From the NCBI GenBank assembly GCA_000505065.1, contig AWSN01000001.1, positions 487,772 to 551,771 of the forward strand: DNA of 64,000 nt, read 5' to 3'. The notes beneath the pieces are model-generated. The model did no database searches, was not told the DNA's origin, and saw nothing but the letters and a program-made list of their open reading frames with translations. This document shows positions 29,800 to 38,627 of the stretch, piece by piece; within the stretch, counting starts at the first letter, position 1; every line of letters starts with the position of its first letter. The position numbers and the translations under genes were made by a program. Origin of the DNA: Parcubacteria bacterium RAAC4_OD1_1. GTDB taxonomy: Bacteria; Patescibacteriota; Minisyncoccia; Phycocordibacterales; UBA9973.

Positions 29800-29808
29800 A
29801 TAAGGGTC

Positions 29809-30069
29809 ATGTTAACGACCAAGCAAAAACAAAATATTATAAAAAAGAATCAACTTCATGATAAAGATACAGGAAGTCCTGAAGTTCAGATTGCTATTAT
29901 CAGTAAAAAAATTGATGAATTAGCAAGTCACCTTAAGACTCATAAGAAAGATAATCACTCTCGTCGTGGTCTTATAAAGATGGTTGCTGATAGAAGAAAG
30001 CATTTAAAGTATCTAGAAAAGTCAGACAAGGAAAGATTTGATATCCAAGCAAAAAAAATAAAAGCTTAG
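29809..30069 (+). CDS. rpsO: 30S ribosomal protein S15
   Basis: 86 aa with the motifs [15 protein letters not shown]...RR. Confidence 0.9.
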   Translation: MLTTKQKQNIIKKNQLHDKDTGSPEVQIAIISKKIDELASHLKTHKKDNHSRRGLIKMVADRRKHLKYLEKSDKERFDIQAKKIKA

Positions 30070-30070
30070 T

Positions 30071-30100
30071 AAAACATTCCGACCTAGGTCGGAATGTTTT
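30071..30100 (+). terminator. Terminator after rpsO (contains P3 core)
   Basis: The sequence is aaaacattccgacctaggtcggaatgtttt. Confidence 0.7.
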
Positions 30101-30123
30101 AGTTTGATATAATTAATAACGTA

Positions 30124-30226
30124 AATAAAATAGTCTCTGAGAAATGCCTTGCGCAAGGCGACGGCCCGAGCAGAGCAAATTTCTAGTAAGAAATTATGTG
30201 TGCATTTCGAAGAGATCTATTTTATT
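30124..30226. repeat. ~100-bp intergenic element copy 2 (MITE-like or small RNA)
   Basis: gcgacggcccgagcagagcaaatttctagtaagaaattatgtgtg, with terminal inverted repeats aataaaatagtctct / agagatctattttatt. Confidence 0.65.
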
Positions 30227-30282
30227 GGAGTTACAAAAAAAAGGGGGGTCGATAATTTTATAAAAAATAATTTTTAATATAT

Positions 30283-30777
30283 ATGATAATTAAACACAAA
30301 GAACAAAGAGTAGGGGTTTTTATAGACACATCAAATCTATACCACTCCGCTAAAAATTTATATAAAAGAAAAGTAAACTTTGGACAAGTATTAAAAGATG
30401 CTGTAGCGGGGAGAAAACTCGTCCGAGCGATCGCCTATGTCATCACAAGTGAAAATGGTGAAGAAAAAAATTTCTTTGATGCACTAACCAAACTAGGAAT
30501 AGAAACAAAAACAAAAGATTTACAAATTTTCCCTGGGGGTGCAAAGAAGGGGGACTGGGATGTCGGTCTTGCTATTGATGCCCTAAAGATGGCACCACGT
30601 CTTGACGCAGTGGTACTCGTCACAGGTGACGGGGACCAAGTTCCACTTGTAGAATACTTAAAGACAACAAGCCAAGTAGAAGTCGTTTCATTTGATAAAT
30701 CAACTTCAACAAAGTTAATCGAAGTCGCAGATGACTTCCTAGACCTTTCCACAAATCCAAGAAAGTATTTAATATAA
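30283..30777 (+). CDS. NYN / LabA-like (PIN-like) domain protein
   Basis: The VGVFIDTSNLYHS, LVTGDGD and EVVSF motifs fit a NYN-domain protein. Confidence 0.6.
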   Translation: MIIKHKEQRVGVFIDTSNLYHSAKNLYKRKVNFGQVLKDAVAGRKLVRAIAYVITSENGEEKNFFDALTKLGIETKTKDLQIFPGGAKKGDWDVGLAIDALKMAPRLDAVVLVTGDGDQVPLVEYLKTTSQVEVVSFDKSTSTKLIEVADDFLDLSTNPRKYLI

Positions 30778-30926
30778 AAAAATAGATAGACAGCAGAAAT
30801 TCCCTCTTCCAAAAAGAGGGAATTTCTGCTATGCTTTTGGTATTAAGAGTTAACGAGCTAGTATTCAGACAATTAGAGTTGAAACTGCAAAAAGTTTCAA
30901 AACTAGAGTCTGGAGACTAACTCACA

Positions 30927-30960
30927 CCCCACTGTCCAGGCCTTGCCTGGACAGTGGGGG
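30927..30960. repeat. P2 palindrome copy, 5' UTR of pnp (12 nt before ATG)
   Basis: The sequence is ccccactgtccaggccttgcctggacagtggggg. Confidence 0.9.
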
Positions 30961-30971
30961 AAAAATAATTT

Positions 30972-33101
30972 ATGCAAAGTAAAGAATACGAAGTAGAAGT
31001 AGGTGGCAAGAAAATTGTCGCGATGTTTTCTGATTTAGCAGACCAAGCAAATGGATCTGTGATTTTAAAAAGTGAGGGGACGGTAGTCATGGCGACAGCT
31101 GTCATTTCTAAAGACGAAAGTAAGAGTCTTGGATTCTTTAATCTCACAGTAGAGTACTTGGAAAAATTTTATGCGACAGGTCGCATTTTAGGTGGGCAAT
31201 ATAACAAGAGAGAAGGTCGTCCAAGCGACCAAGCAATCCTTGCTGCAAGAATGATCGATAGAACCATTCGTCCACTTTTTGATCAGCATATAAAAAATGC
31301 TGTTCAGATCATCATCACAGTAATTGCAGTTGGGGAAATGGATCCAAAAGTTTTGGGTATCAACGGAGCATCACTGGCAATCTCTATGTCAGACATACCA
31401 TGGAATGGACCAGTTGGAGCAGTTCATATAAGTAGGACTAGCGGAGACAATAATATAAAAGTAAACAATTATGTTCCATCTTCTGATGAACCAGTTTATG
31501 AGCTTGATTTACTTGTTTGCGGTAAAGATAAAACTATCAATATGATAGAGGCGATGTCTTTTGAATTTTCTGAAGAAGAAATAGGAAAATGTTTTGATAT
31601 GGCATCTGTTGAAATTTCTAAATGGGAAGATTTCCAGAAAAAATTAATGAGTGAATTTGGTAAATCAAAATTAGTTTTTCCTAAACCACAAGTTGAAAAA
31701 GAAGATATCGAACTTTTCAATGAAAAAATAAAACCAATACTCGATGAAAAACTTCTTACAAAAGATAGTAAAAAGGTGGGGGCAAATGCTGAAAAAATAT
31801 GGGATGAGATTTTGGAAGAAAAATATGGTGAAAATGAAGAAAACATAACAAAGAAAAATGCAGCTCTTGATTACTTGCACAATCAATTAGATAAAATGTT
31901 TCACGAAGCTGCCCTTAAAGAAAATAAACGAGCTGATGGAAGAAAAATTGATGAAATTAGAAAATTATATGCAAAAGCTGGTGGAATTTCCAATGTGTTA
32001 CACGGTTCTGGAATATTTTACCGTGGCGAAACTCATGTACTTTCAGTTCTTGCTTTGGGTGGACCTGAAGATATGCAGACCATAGAAGGAATGGAATTTG
32101 AATCAAAAAAGCGTTTCATGCATCACTATAACTTCCCTCCATACTCAGGTGGAGAGACAGGACGCGTCGGCGGAATAAACAGAAGAGAGATGGGCCATGG
32201 CTTCCTCGCAGAGAAAGCTCTCACACCTGTAATACCAGAGAAAATAAATTTCCCTTATACAATTCGTGTTGTGTCAGAATCTACAGCATCAAATGGTTCT
32301 ACATCTCAAGCTTCTATCTGTGCAGCAACACTTGCTCTTATGGATGGAGGAGTGCCCATTAAAACTCCTGTTGCGGGAATTTCTATCGGATTGATGTCTA
32401 GTGAAACAGATGAAAATAAATATGTATTACTTTCTGACATACAAGGTCCAGAAGATCACTATGGTGATATGGATTTTAAAATTGCAGGAACCAAAGACGG
32501 AATCACTGCTATACAACTCGATGTAAAAGTAGGAGGTATAAAAATAAATATTTTAAAAGAAGCACTAATCCGTGCTAAAAATGCGAGACTAGAAATACTC
32601 GATGTAATCACCAAAGAAATTTCTTCTCCAAGACCAAACATCTCAGACAGAGCACCAAAGATACTTACAACTAAAATAAAAAAAGATCAGATCGGTATGG
32701 TTATTGGTCCAGGTGGTAAAAACATAAATGCAATTAGAGAAAAAACTGGAGTAGAAATAACAATAGAAGAAGATGGCACAGTAATAGTCACAGGTAAAAA
32801 TGGAGGAGCTGAAGAAGCTATAAAAATAATCGAAAATATGACTCATGAATACAAAGTGGGTGACACAGCCGAAGGGGTAGTAGTAAAAATTATGGAGTTT
32901 GGAGCTTTTGTAAAAATAGGATATGACACCGAAGCACTTGTGCACATATCTGAGCTTGCACCATTCCGTGTTGCCAAAGTTTCTGATATTATTAAGGAGG
33001 GAGACAGTGTCCCAGTGAAAGTCATCAAACTAGATGAAAAAGGAAGATTGAGTCTTTCTATAAAAGAAGCAGATCCAACATTCTTCAAAAAAGAAAATTA
33101 A
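30972..33101 (+). CDS. pnp: Polynucleotide phosphorylase
   Basis: 709 aa with two RNase PH-like domains followed by KH and S1 domains. A P2 palindrome lies in its 5' UTR. Confidence 0.9.
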   Translation: MQSKEYEVEVGGKKIVAMFSDLADQANGSVILKSEGTVVMATAVISKDESKSLGFFNLTVEYLEKFYATGRILGGQYNKREGRPSDQAILAARMIDRTIRPLFDQHIKNAVQIIITVIAVGEMDPKVLGINGASLAISMSDIPWNGPVGAVHISRTSGDNNIKVNNYVPSSDEPVYELDLLVCGKDKTINMIEAMSFEFSEEEIGKCFDMASVEISKWEDFQKKLMSEFGKSKLVFPKPQVEKEDIELFNEKIKPILDEKLLTKDSKKVGANAEKIWDEILEEKYGENEENITKKNAALDYLHNQLDKMFHEAALKENKRADGRKIDEIRKLYAKAGGISNVLHGSGIFYRGETHVLSVLALGGPEDMQTIEGMEFESKKRFMHHYNFPPYSGGETGRVGGINRREMGHGFLAEKALTPVIPEKINFPYTIRVVSESTASNGSTSQASICAATLALMDGGVPIKTPVAGISIGLMSSETDENKYVLLSDIQGPEDHYGDMDFKIAGTKDGITAIQLDVKVGGIKINILKEALIRAKNARLEILDVITKEISSPRPNISDRAPKILTTKIKKDQIGMVIGPGGKNINAIREKTGVEITIEEDGTVIVTGKNGGAEEAIKIIENMTHEYKVGDTAEGVVVKIMEFGAFVKIGYDTEALVHISELAPFRVAKVSDIIKEGDSVPVKVIKLDEKGRLSLSIKEADPTFFKKEN

Positions 33102-33112
33102 AAAAACAAAAT

Positions 33113-34000
33113 ATGCAAGAAGAAAATACAGTAAAAAAAAATATAGAAAAAATAATTAGAACATATACTTCTGATATGGCTCGTGTTATGAAAGAAAAAG
33201 AAACTTCTGTAATAAAAATTGCTGTTGCTCAAAAAGAAAAAGAAGGTGCTGGAATAATAAAAATAGGGAAAAATACAATTGATAAAAAAAATAAAGATTC
33301 GTCAAAAATTTTATTTGTTATTGGAGGTGTAATTCTTATTATAATTGCTGTTTTTGGTTTTTATTATTTAAAAGAAAAAAAACTTGAAATAGATAATCCA
33401 ATAATAGAAAACACAGACCCAGAAACTAAAATATCTTATGATGTGAAATCATATCTCACAATCTCAAACATAACGACTATTTCTGATATCGTAAACTTTA
33501 TAACAACAGAAAAAACAAAAACAGAAAAAGAAAGATCGATAAAATCAATCTTTATAAACAGAATAACAGAAGAAAGTGGAGAGCTCTCCAACATAAAAAC
33601 TCTTGATTTTCTATCTATTATAAAAACATCAGCTCCTTCTCCACTTCTTAGGTCTTTATCAGATAATTTTATGACTGGTATATTTTACAAAACAAATAGC
33701 CAACATCTATTTATAATATTAGAAACAACAAATTATAATCAAGCATATGCCTCAATGTTATCTTGGGAAAAAACATTACTTGATGATATGATAAATCTTT
33801 TTAATATTAAAATAGAAAATAAAAAGATTCTTGAAAACAAATGGAAAGATGTGATCATAAACAATAAAGATGTAAGAATAATCCACGGGGAAGATGGGCA
33901 AGGGATTCTATATTATCTATTTTTAGATAAAACAACTCTATTAATCACAGATGATGTGGATACAATCAAAGAAATAATTACAAGGTTTCAAATAAAATAA
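33113..34000 (+). CDS. Hypothetical single-pass membrane protein
   Basis: 295 aa with one TM helix. Confidence 0.45.
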   Translation: MQEENTVKKNIEKIIRTYTSDMARVMKEKETSVIKIAVAQKEKEGAGIIKIGKNTIDKKNKDSSKILFVIGGVILIIIAVFGFYYLKEKKLEIDNPIIENTDPETKISYDVKSYLTISNITTISDIVNFITTEKTKTEKERSIKSIFINRITEESGELSNIKTLDFLSIIKTSAPSPLLRSLSDNFMTGIFYKTNSQHLFIILETTNYNQAYASMLSWEKTLLDDMINLFNIKIENKKILENKWKDVIINNKDVRIIHGEDGQGILYYLFLDKTTLLITDDVDTIKEIITRFQIK

Positions 34001-34039
34001 CTTGGTCGTTTAAAAGATAAATGCTAAAATAAAATCATT

Positions 34040-34405
34040 ATGATGGATACAAATATTTACAAAAAAAAATTAGAGGAAGAAAAAAAAGTTTTATTAGAAG
34101 AATTAGGAGGAATCGGTAAGGTAGACAAAAATGGAGATTGGGATGCAGTCCCAGAAGGAGAAATGTCTTCTCAAGAAGTTCAAGATGAAGCTGACATGGC
34201 AGACAAAGCCGAAGACTATGAAAAAAGATCTAGCATTCTAAATTCTTTAGAAAAAAGACTCGCTGATATAAACAATGCTTTAAAAAAAATAGAAAACAGT
34301 ACTTATGGTGCTTGTGAAGTTTGTGGAAATGAAATAGAAGAAGACAGGCTAGAAGTAAATCCTTCTGCGAAAACATGTAAGATTTGTATAGATAAAAAAG
34401 ATTAA
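34040..34405 (+). CDS. DksA/TraR-family C4 zinc-finger protein
   Basis: A C-terminal CEVCGNEIEEDRLEVNPSAKTCKIC motif. Confidence 0.65.
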   Translation: MMDTNIYKKKLEEEKKVLLEELGGIGKVDKNGDWDAVPEGEMSSQEVQDEADMADKAEDYEKRSSILNSLEKRLADINNALKKIENSTYGACEVCGNEIEEDRLEVNPSAKTCKICIDKKD

Positions 34406-34443
34406 CAAAAAATAAAGGCCCTTTTTAGGGTCTTTATAATTAT

Positions 34444-36009
34444 ATGTCATTTGGAAAAGTATATGGTGCTCAAACGCACTTACTAAAAGGGAAAATAGTG
34501 ACAATTGAAGTTGATATCACAAAAGGTACACTTCATGCCTTTACTCTTGTGGGTCTTCCTGATAAAGCTGTCGATGAGTCTAAAGATAGAATGAGCTCAG
34601 CTCTCAAGAACTCTGGATATAATTCTCCTAAAAACCAAAACCAGAAAATAGTTATATCACTTTCACCAGCCGATCTTAAAAAAGAAGGACCGTATTTTGA
34701 TCTTCCTATTGCTTTAGCATATTTACTTTCGGCAGAAGAAATAAATTTTGACCCTGAGGGTAAGATATTTCTAGGTGAGCTTTCTTTGAATGGAGAACTG
34801 AAGCCCATAAAAGGATCTCTTCCTTTAGTCCAAGAAGCAAAGAAAATGGGTTTTAAAGAAATATTTCTACCTAAAGATAATGAAAAAGAAGCAGCCCTTG
34901 TAGATGGAGTAGATATATATGGTGCAAAAAATTTAAAAGAAGTAATAGATCATATTAATACACCTAAAATTAAAAAAGGTGAAAAAGAAAATAATCTAAA
35001 AAATAAAATACAAAAAGCAAATAAAACAGAAATTATCAAAAAGAAAAAAGAAGGTGGAATAGATTTCTCTGACATCAAAGGCCAAGAGGGTGCCAAGCGT
35101 GGGCTTATGATCGCAGCTTCTGGTGGGCACAATATCGCTATGTATGGGCCCCCAGGGACTGGGAAGACAATGCTCGCTAGAGTATTTTCAAATATCTTAC
35201 CAGACTTAGATTTGGATGATTGCCTTGAGATAACAGGAATACATTCTATATCTGGAATATTAGAAGATGAAATAATTACCGAGCCACCATTCCGCTCGCC
35301 ACATCACACTGCAAGCTATGTATCACTCATCGGTGGAGGAGCAAATATAAAACCAGGAGAAGTTACTCTTGCTCATAAAGGAGTACTCTTCTTAGATGAA
35401 TTCCCTGAGTTTGAAAAAAGAGTTTTAGAGTCACTTCGTCAACCACTTGAAGACAATATAGTTTCTATCTCTCGTGCTAAAGGCTCAGCAACATTTCCAT
35501 CAAATTTTATTTTAATTGCCGCGATGAATCCTTGCCCGTGTGGCAACAAAGGAAGTAAGCAAAAGCAATGCATCTGCAAACCAAGTGACCTAGATAGATA
35601 CAAAAGGAAATTATCAGGCCCTATAATGGACCGCATAGATATATGGGTCAATGTATCTAATGTTGATTATGATAAATTGGCAGATGATAATGGTGAAGGA
35701 GAGAAGACAGAAATGATAAAACAAAAAGTTTTAAAAGCGAGAGAAATACAGAATAAAAGATTTAGTGGTACCCAAAGAAAAATAAAAACAAACAGTGATA
35801 TAAATGTAAAAGAATTAAATATTTATGCTCCCCTTGATGAAGAAACAAGAAAAATTTTAAATCAAAGTGCCGAGAGATTACAACTTTCTGCTCGTGCATA
35901 CCACAGGACGATAAAGCTCGCCCGAACCATAGCAGATTTAGAGGGAGAGGATAACATAAAAGCATCACATATACTAGAAGCTTTGCAATACAGACCAAGA
36001 GAAATATAA
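34444..36009 (+). CDS. YifB/ComM family Mg-chelatase-like AAA+ ATPase
   Basis: A ChlI-like N-terminal domain is followed by Walker A (GPPGTGKT) and a C-terminal Mg-chelatase helical domain. Confidence 0.75.
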   Translation: MSFGKVYGAQTHLLKGKIVTIEVDITKGTLHAFTLVGLPDKAVDESKDRMSSALKNSGYNSPKNQNQKIVISLSPADLKKEGPYFDLPIALAYLLSAEEINFDPEGKIFLGELSLNGELKPIKGSLPLVQEAKKMGFKEIFLPKDNEKEAALVDGVDIYGAKNLKEVIDHINTPKIKKGEKENNLKNKIQKANKTEIIKKKKEGGIDFSDIKGQEGAKRGLMIAASGGHNIAMYGPPGTGKTMLARVFSNILPDLDLDDCLEITGIHSISGILEDEIITEPPFRSPHHTASYVSLIGGGANIKPGEVTLAHKGVLFLDEFPEFEKRVLESLRQPLEDNIVSISRAKGSATFPSNFILIAAMNPCPCGNKGSKQKQCICKPSDLDRYKRKLSGPIMDRIDIWVNVSNVDYDKLADDNGEGEKTEMIKQKVLKAREIQNKRFSGTQRKIKTNSDINVKELNIYAPLDEETRKILNQSAERLQLSARAYHRTIKLARTIADLEGEDNIKASHILEALQYRPREI

Positions 36010-36032
36010 AAATACCTAATATAAAATGATAA

Positions 36033-36077
36033 GAGCCGGAAAGTTCTGTTAAGAACTTTCCGGCTCGGTTTCTTTTT
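36033..36077 (+). terminator. Terminator after yifB/comM
   Basis: The sequence is gagccggaaagttctgttaagaactttccggctcggtttcttttt. Confidence 0.7.
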
Positions 36078-36259
36078 CTTTGCTTTCTTCTTCGATTAAT
36101 TCCATACATCTTGGACTTCGCACAGTATTCATTGATATTTTAGGAAACATCAACGGATATCCCCCAATAAAAAACACAAAGGTTTTAAACAGATTTTTCA
36201 TACGATACTTGTTTTAAAGTTTCCCTGATTTTACTTATTTCCCCAATAAAGTCAAATGA

Positions 36260-36292
36260 TAAAGCCCCGCTCGTACTCGAGCGGGGCTTTTA
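36260..36292 (-). terminator. Terminator after LysM/M23 peptidase gene
   Basis: The sequence is aaagccccgctcgtactcgagcggggcttttag. Confidence 0.7.
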
Positions 36293-36309
36293 GTTTATTT
36301 AAATATTTT

Positions 36310-37479
36310 TTAATAAACCGGTGGCTTCATCGTAGAACCATTACTCTTTATTACCTCAAAGTGTAAGTGTGGACCAGTTGATCTTCCTGTGTTGCCTATT
36401 GTTCCAATCTTTTCTCCTTGGGAAACAGTTGCCCCGAGAGAGACACTGACACTCTGCAAGTGAGCATACTTTGTCTTCATTCCATTTGGATGATCTATCA
36501 CAATATAATTTCCATATCTTCCTCCACAAGAAGAAGCACCTTCTTTACAATAATTTACAACCTTAGTGACCACTCCTGAGGCAGAAGCGACGATTGGAGT
36601 ACCTCTTTTATTACCAATATCAACTCCATAATGGAATGAACCCCATCTTGATCCATAAGGAGAAGTGATAGGCCCTGTTGCTGGACGGATAAAGTATCCA
36701 GAAGGAGCAGAACTTGAAGATGAAGAAGATGAGCTACTAAATGATGGCTTTGTAGATGATGAAGAAACGGCTGAAGGTTTCGTTCCGTTTGGAACATATA
36801 TTATATCTCCTACAGCAAGAGCAGAATCCTTAGAAAGCCCATTATAAACGAGCATATCTTCTAAATCTGCATCGTAAATACTGGCTATCTTTCCTAAACT
36901 ATCACCTTTCTTTACAGTATGTCTAACTCCAGTCACTGGCAAAATATTCAATTTCTGACCGACTTTTATGGTACTTCCTGATAAATTGTTCTCCCATCTA
37001 ATCGTATTTTGAGAAACATCGAAATCTTCAGCTATTTGAGAGAGAGTATCACCTTCTTTTACTATATATTCTGTCATTTGACCATTAGAAACACTCTCTA
37101 TACCACTGCCAAAAAGTGCTCCATTTGAAGAAAGTGCTTCACCTTCAATGATAGACATTTGTGAGCCATCATTAGCATTCTTCATATCTGGGACAGTGGA
37201 TTCAAGTAGGGGCATATTTTGAGTATTGGAAATAAAAAAATCAGTTCCGTATTCATCATTCTCAGCTGCTTGAGTACTTTTACCTATAATTCCTGTCATC
37301 ATATCAGATAAAAAGCTGGCATTTGCCTCAAATGGTATTCCAGCTATCATAGAAAATACAAACAAAGAATAAACAACCTTTCCAAGAAAAGGCTTATAAA
37401 TTAAAGATATTTTCATCTTTTGGTTATCTGTAGAAACAGATTGGCCTAAAGAATCTTCATTGGTTTGTTCTAATTGCAT
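36310..37479 (-). CDS. LysM-domain M23 family metallopeptidase (cell-wall hydrolase)
   Basis: Two LysM modules, a Ser-rich linker, and the M23 motifs HYGVDIG and HLHFEV. Confidence 0.85.
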   Translation of the reverse strand: MQLEQTNEDSLGQSVSTDNQKMKISLIYKPFLGKVVYSLFVFSMIAGIPFEANASFLSDMMTGIIGKSTQAAENDEYGTDFFISNTQNMPLLESTVPDMKNANDGSQMSIIEGEALSSNGALFGSGIESVSNGQMTEYIVKEGDTLSQIAEDFDVSQNTIRWENNLSGSTIKVGQKLNILPVTGVRHTVKKGDSLGKIASIYDADLEDMLVYNGLSKDSALAVGDIIYVPNGTKPSAVSSSSTKPSFSSSSSSSSSSAPSGYFIRPATGPITSPYGSRWGSFHYGVDIGNKRGTPIVASASGVVTKVVNYCKEGASSCGGRYGNYIVIDHPNGMKTKYAHLQSVSVSLGATVSQGEKIGTIGNTGRSTGPHLHFEVIKSNGSTMKPPVY

Positions 37480-37622
37480 AAATAAGTTGGCATCTCTGTA
37501 AAGCTTCTCATAAAAGCTAAGCTTCCTTTCAGGAACTGTGGGATAAAACCGAAACGAACCCCACTACCTATAAGGGTACCCCATCTGGGGGAGCCAGTCA
37601 ACAGAGTTATACACAGGGCAAA

Positions 37623-37651
37623 ACTATACATCACTCCACCATATTTGACAA
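37623..37651 (-). promoter_or_regulatory. Divergent promoter TTGTCA-17-TATAGT for LysM/M23 peptidase with ~150-nt GC-rich structured leader (37480-37620)
   Basis: Back-to-back with the plus-strand promoter; the -35 boxes overlap. Confidence 0.5.
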
Positions 37652-37660
37652 GATTAGGTA

Positions 37661-37690
37661 TTGACAAAATGCCATAAAATATGCTATAAT
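37661..37690 (+). promoter_or_regulatory. Consensus sigma70 promoter TTGACA-18-TATAAT driving ~110-nt structured leader of lipoprotein gene 37800
   Basis: The sequence is ttgacaaaatgccataaaatatgctataat. Confidence 0.6.
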
Positions 37691-37799
37691 ATAATTAGAG
37701 GTGAAATAAGCAAGCTAGTATCTAGGAATTGGTCCTACGGGAGCCAATCGGATGACTAGCCCTTGATTTCGCTCAATGTACTTTTAAATTCATATAAAC

Positions 37800-38504
37800 A
37801 TGAAAAAGTTATTTTTTTCTTTTTTAGGTGTTTTAATCGTGGTAATTCTTACCACCAGTTGTAACCAGAAAAGTCACCGCCTGCAGCCGGACATAAAAAT
37901 TTCACTGAAGGCTGATACGTTGATTTACCAAAAGATTCCAGTAACTGCCCCGCGCTATTCCTGCGAAACAGGAGATAGGTTGTCTCAGGACAAACTTGTA
38001 GCCATAGATAGTGTTCCAGTGATAATATCACTGAGTAAGGACACTGTAATTTCAGGGAAAAATTTGCCGGCGGTAGTTCCACCGGTAAAACCTGTTAAAA
38101 CAAAAAAATCAGGTGCTGGGTTTAATTTTGATTGGTTTTGGCCAATTATTAATTCTATTTTAGCTGCACTTCTGATTCTTCTGGCTTTAGGTTTGCTTGC
38201 TTATTTAGTTTTATGGTTACTGAAACAACTCAGAAACCAAACTGAGGACAATAATCCCAATGGGAGAGCTGGACACGCAACACAAGTTATCCCAGTAGTT
38301 CCTGTTACTCCCGGTGGTGGACAAAATCAACAACAAGTTGCTCAACCAAACCAAACTAATGTTTTTAATCATCAGATTTCAATGGCTGAAGGATTGATTG
38401 GAAATCAAAAAATCCACCGTATCATTCAAAAGTCAGAAGGTAGTGCTGATGGTAGCTGGAGATCTGAGATTACGATTGAAACAAAAAATGAACAGGAAAA
38501 ATAA
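37800..38504 (+). CDS. Hypothetical lipoprotein / membrane protein
   Basis: An LTTSC lipobox, a TM helix, and a Q/N-rich C-terminus. Confidence 0.45.
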   Translation: MKKLFFSFLGVLIVVILTTSCNQKSHRLQPDIKISLKADTLIYQKIPVTAPRYSCETGDRLSQDKLVAIDSVPVIISLSKDTVISGKNLPAVVPPVKPVKTKKSGAGFNFDWFWPIINSILAALLILLALGLLAYLVLWLLKQLRNQTEDNNPNGRAGHATQVIPVVPVTPGGGQNQQQVAQPNQTNVFNHQISMAEGLIGNQKIHRIIQKSEGSADGSWRSEITIETKNEQEK

Positions 38505-38627
38505 ACCTGTATGAGCCGTTGCGACGAAAGTTGCACGGCTCTTTCTTTTTATTCCTTTATTATTAGAGTTGTGCTAATATTTACATATAAAGTTTCTAAT
38601 TAATAACTATCTAAAAACACAAAAGAT

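Noticed and set aside
36090-36205. Possible ~50-aa minus-strand small ORF (MKNLFKTFVFFIGG...) between two terminators
   Set aside because: It is below the 60-aa ORF-track threshold, has no clear ribosome-binding site and no supporting homology. It is left uncalled.
37540-37660. c-di-GMP-I (GEMM) riboswitch, because cacagggcaaaac and aggtagtggggtt resemble GEMM P1 and P2 blocks
   Set aside because: The two blocks are on opposite strands relative to the GEMM consensus order, so no single strand carries both in the right orientation.
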